A stretch of 64,000 nt of DNA from Gemmatimonadaceae bacterium (GTDB lineage: Bacteria; Gemmatimonadota; Gemmatimonadetes; Gemmatimonadales; Gemmatimonadaceae), in contig JBGAHX010000020.1 in assembly GCA_044225935.1 (NCBI GenBank), positions 2,632 through 66,631 of the forward strand, written 5' to 3'. Below the pieces are notes generated by a model. It was not told the origin of the DNA. It worked only from the letters and a program-made list of their open reading frames with translations, and searched no databases. Positions 63,093-64,000 of the stretch are shown piece by piece. The position numbers and the translations under genes were made by a program. How positions within the stretch are numbered: position 1 is the stretch's first letter; each line of letters begins with the position of its first letter.

Positions 63093-64000
63093 CTACTTGT
63101 CGCGACGTCCGTCGAGCAGAGAGGCCACGAGATCGTACGACCGGTCGGCGGCACCGACGCCGCTCGCCACGAGCGCGCGGGCGCAATCGCCCGCTTGGCG
63201 ACGCGCATCGTCGTCCCCAAGCCAACCGAGCATCGTGTCGGCGGCGCTCTCTGCATCACGGACGATCGCAGCACCCCCCGACTCCACGAGGAGCGAGGCG
63301 TCGCGCGCATTCGCGATGCGCGGGCCGAAGGCGACCGGTGCGCCGAACGCCGCGGGCTCCAGGACCGAGTGCAGTCCGGCCGCATGAAAGCCTCCGCCGA
63401 CGAAGGCGGCACTGGCAAGCGCGTACAGGTCACCGAGCACTCCCACGCGATCCACCAGCACGACCGGCGCCGCGCTCGCTCCCGGCGTCCCGAGCCGAGC
63501 CACGGCGATGCCGTGCGCCGACCCCCACGCCTCGATCGGCGTGAGATGCCCTTCGGTCGGCTCGTGCGGGGCGATGATCAGTCGCGCGGCGGGGAGCGCG
63601 TTGCGCACCTCACGCCACGCCTCGAGGAGGACGCGCTCGTCGGCCGGCCAGGTACTCCCCGCGACCAGCGTGGGTGCGGCGCTCTCGAGCGGCGCGAGCA
63701 GGGGCGCGGTGCGATCGACGTGCGCGGCGCGCGCAGCGACCTGGTCGTAGCGCGTGTCGCCGGTCACGATGATACGGCGCGGATCGGCGCCTAACGCGGC
63801 GAGTCGATCACCATCGGCAGCGGCGACAGCGCCGATCGCGTCGAGCGAGCGGTAGGCATCACGAAGGAGCGCGTCGGCCACTCCACGCTGACGCGTCGAG
63901 TTCGGAGCCACCGTGCCGCTGACCAGGCCGACCTTCACTCCGCGACGGCTGGCGTACGCGGTGAGGAGCGGCCAGACGTCCAGCTTTGCATAGACGAGCG
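63093..64000 (-). CDS. waaA: 3-deoxy-D-manno-octulosonic acid (Kdo) transferase, C-terminal part (N-terminus beyond right edge)
   Basis: LVSGTV...IIVTGDTRYDQV...LVAGSTWP.DE...LIIAPHEP...VLVDRVGVLGDLYALASAAFVGGG is KdtA/WaaA-like. The frame stays open to the window end. Confidence 0.75.
   Translation of the reverse strand, partial: LVYAKLDVWPLLTAYASRRGVKVGLVSGTVAPNSTRQRGVADALLRDAYRSLDAIGAVAAADGDRLAALGADPRRIIVTGDTRYDQVAARAAHVDRTAPLLAPLESAAPTLVAGSTWPADERVLLEAWREVRNALPAARLIIAPHEPTEGHLTPIEAWGSAHGIAVARLGTPGASAAPVVLVDRVGVLGDLYALASAAFVGGGFHAAGLHSVLEPAAFGAPVAFGPRIANARDASLLVESGGAAIVRDAESAADTMLGWLGDDDARRQAGDCARALVASGVGAADRSYDLVASLLDGRRDK

Overview
High-GC (roughly two-thirds G+C by eye) bacterial chromosomal segment dominated by a near-complete flagellar and motility regulon. 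All calls rest on reading the supplied translations and the DNA by eye; no searches were run.

Gene content, left to right:
- rho (partial) and tRNA-Arg.
- An EAL-HDOD protein.
- A roughly 31 kb minus-strand block in three transcription units:
  - flgB-flgC-orf-fliEFGHIJ-ylxF-like-fliK-like-flgD-flgE
  - fliLMN-fliO/P-fliQR-flhBAFG-fliA-orf
  - flgFGAHI-flgJ(short)-flgN-flgK-csrA-motAB
- A sigma54-dependent response regulator.
- A plus-strand late-gene block: flgL-fliW, three flagellin-modification genes (TPR-glycosyltransferase, GT4, FkbM methyltransferase), fliC, fliD, fliS, two unknown ORFs and flgM.
- A small che block: cheY, cheZ-like, orf, cheR, cheD with an apparent frameshift, cheY2, cheX and a truncated cheB.
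- Five minus-strand tRNAs.
- A short sigma70-type factor, an orphan MlaF-like ATPase, a Nudix hydrolase and an AraC-type regulator.
- atpAGDC, a CHRD lipoprotein, a beta-barrel-like protein and partial waaA.

The gene order resembles the Bacillus fla/che operon, yet L- and P-ring genes are present. The short FCB-type sigma factor fits Gemmatimonadota or a relative, but that is only a guess.

Most interesting observations:
1. The fliK-slot ORF carries an internal M15 zinc peptidase domain, while FlgJ lacks any hydrolase domain.
2. Families of short tandem repeats (8, 7, 15 and 9 nt units) sit in intergenic regions. Several are pyrimidine-rich arrays placed directly against start codons that lack Shine-Dalgarno sequences.
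3. The octamer CGTTAGGC is strongly over-represented and often encodes Leu-Gly with the rare TTA codon.
4. fliO and fliP lie in one reading frame.
5. There are apparent frameshifts or truncations in cheD, cheB and the TPR-glycosyltransferase.
6. Recognisable sigma54- and sigma28-type promoters are present, and a perfect TGTGA-N6-TCACA palindrome lies upstream of atpA.
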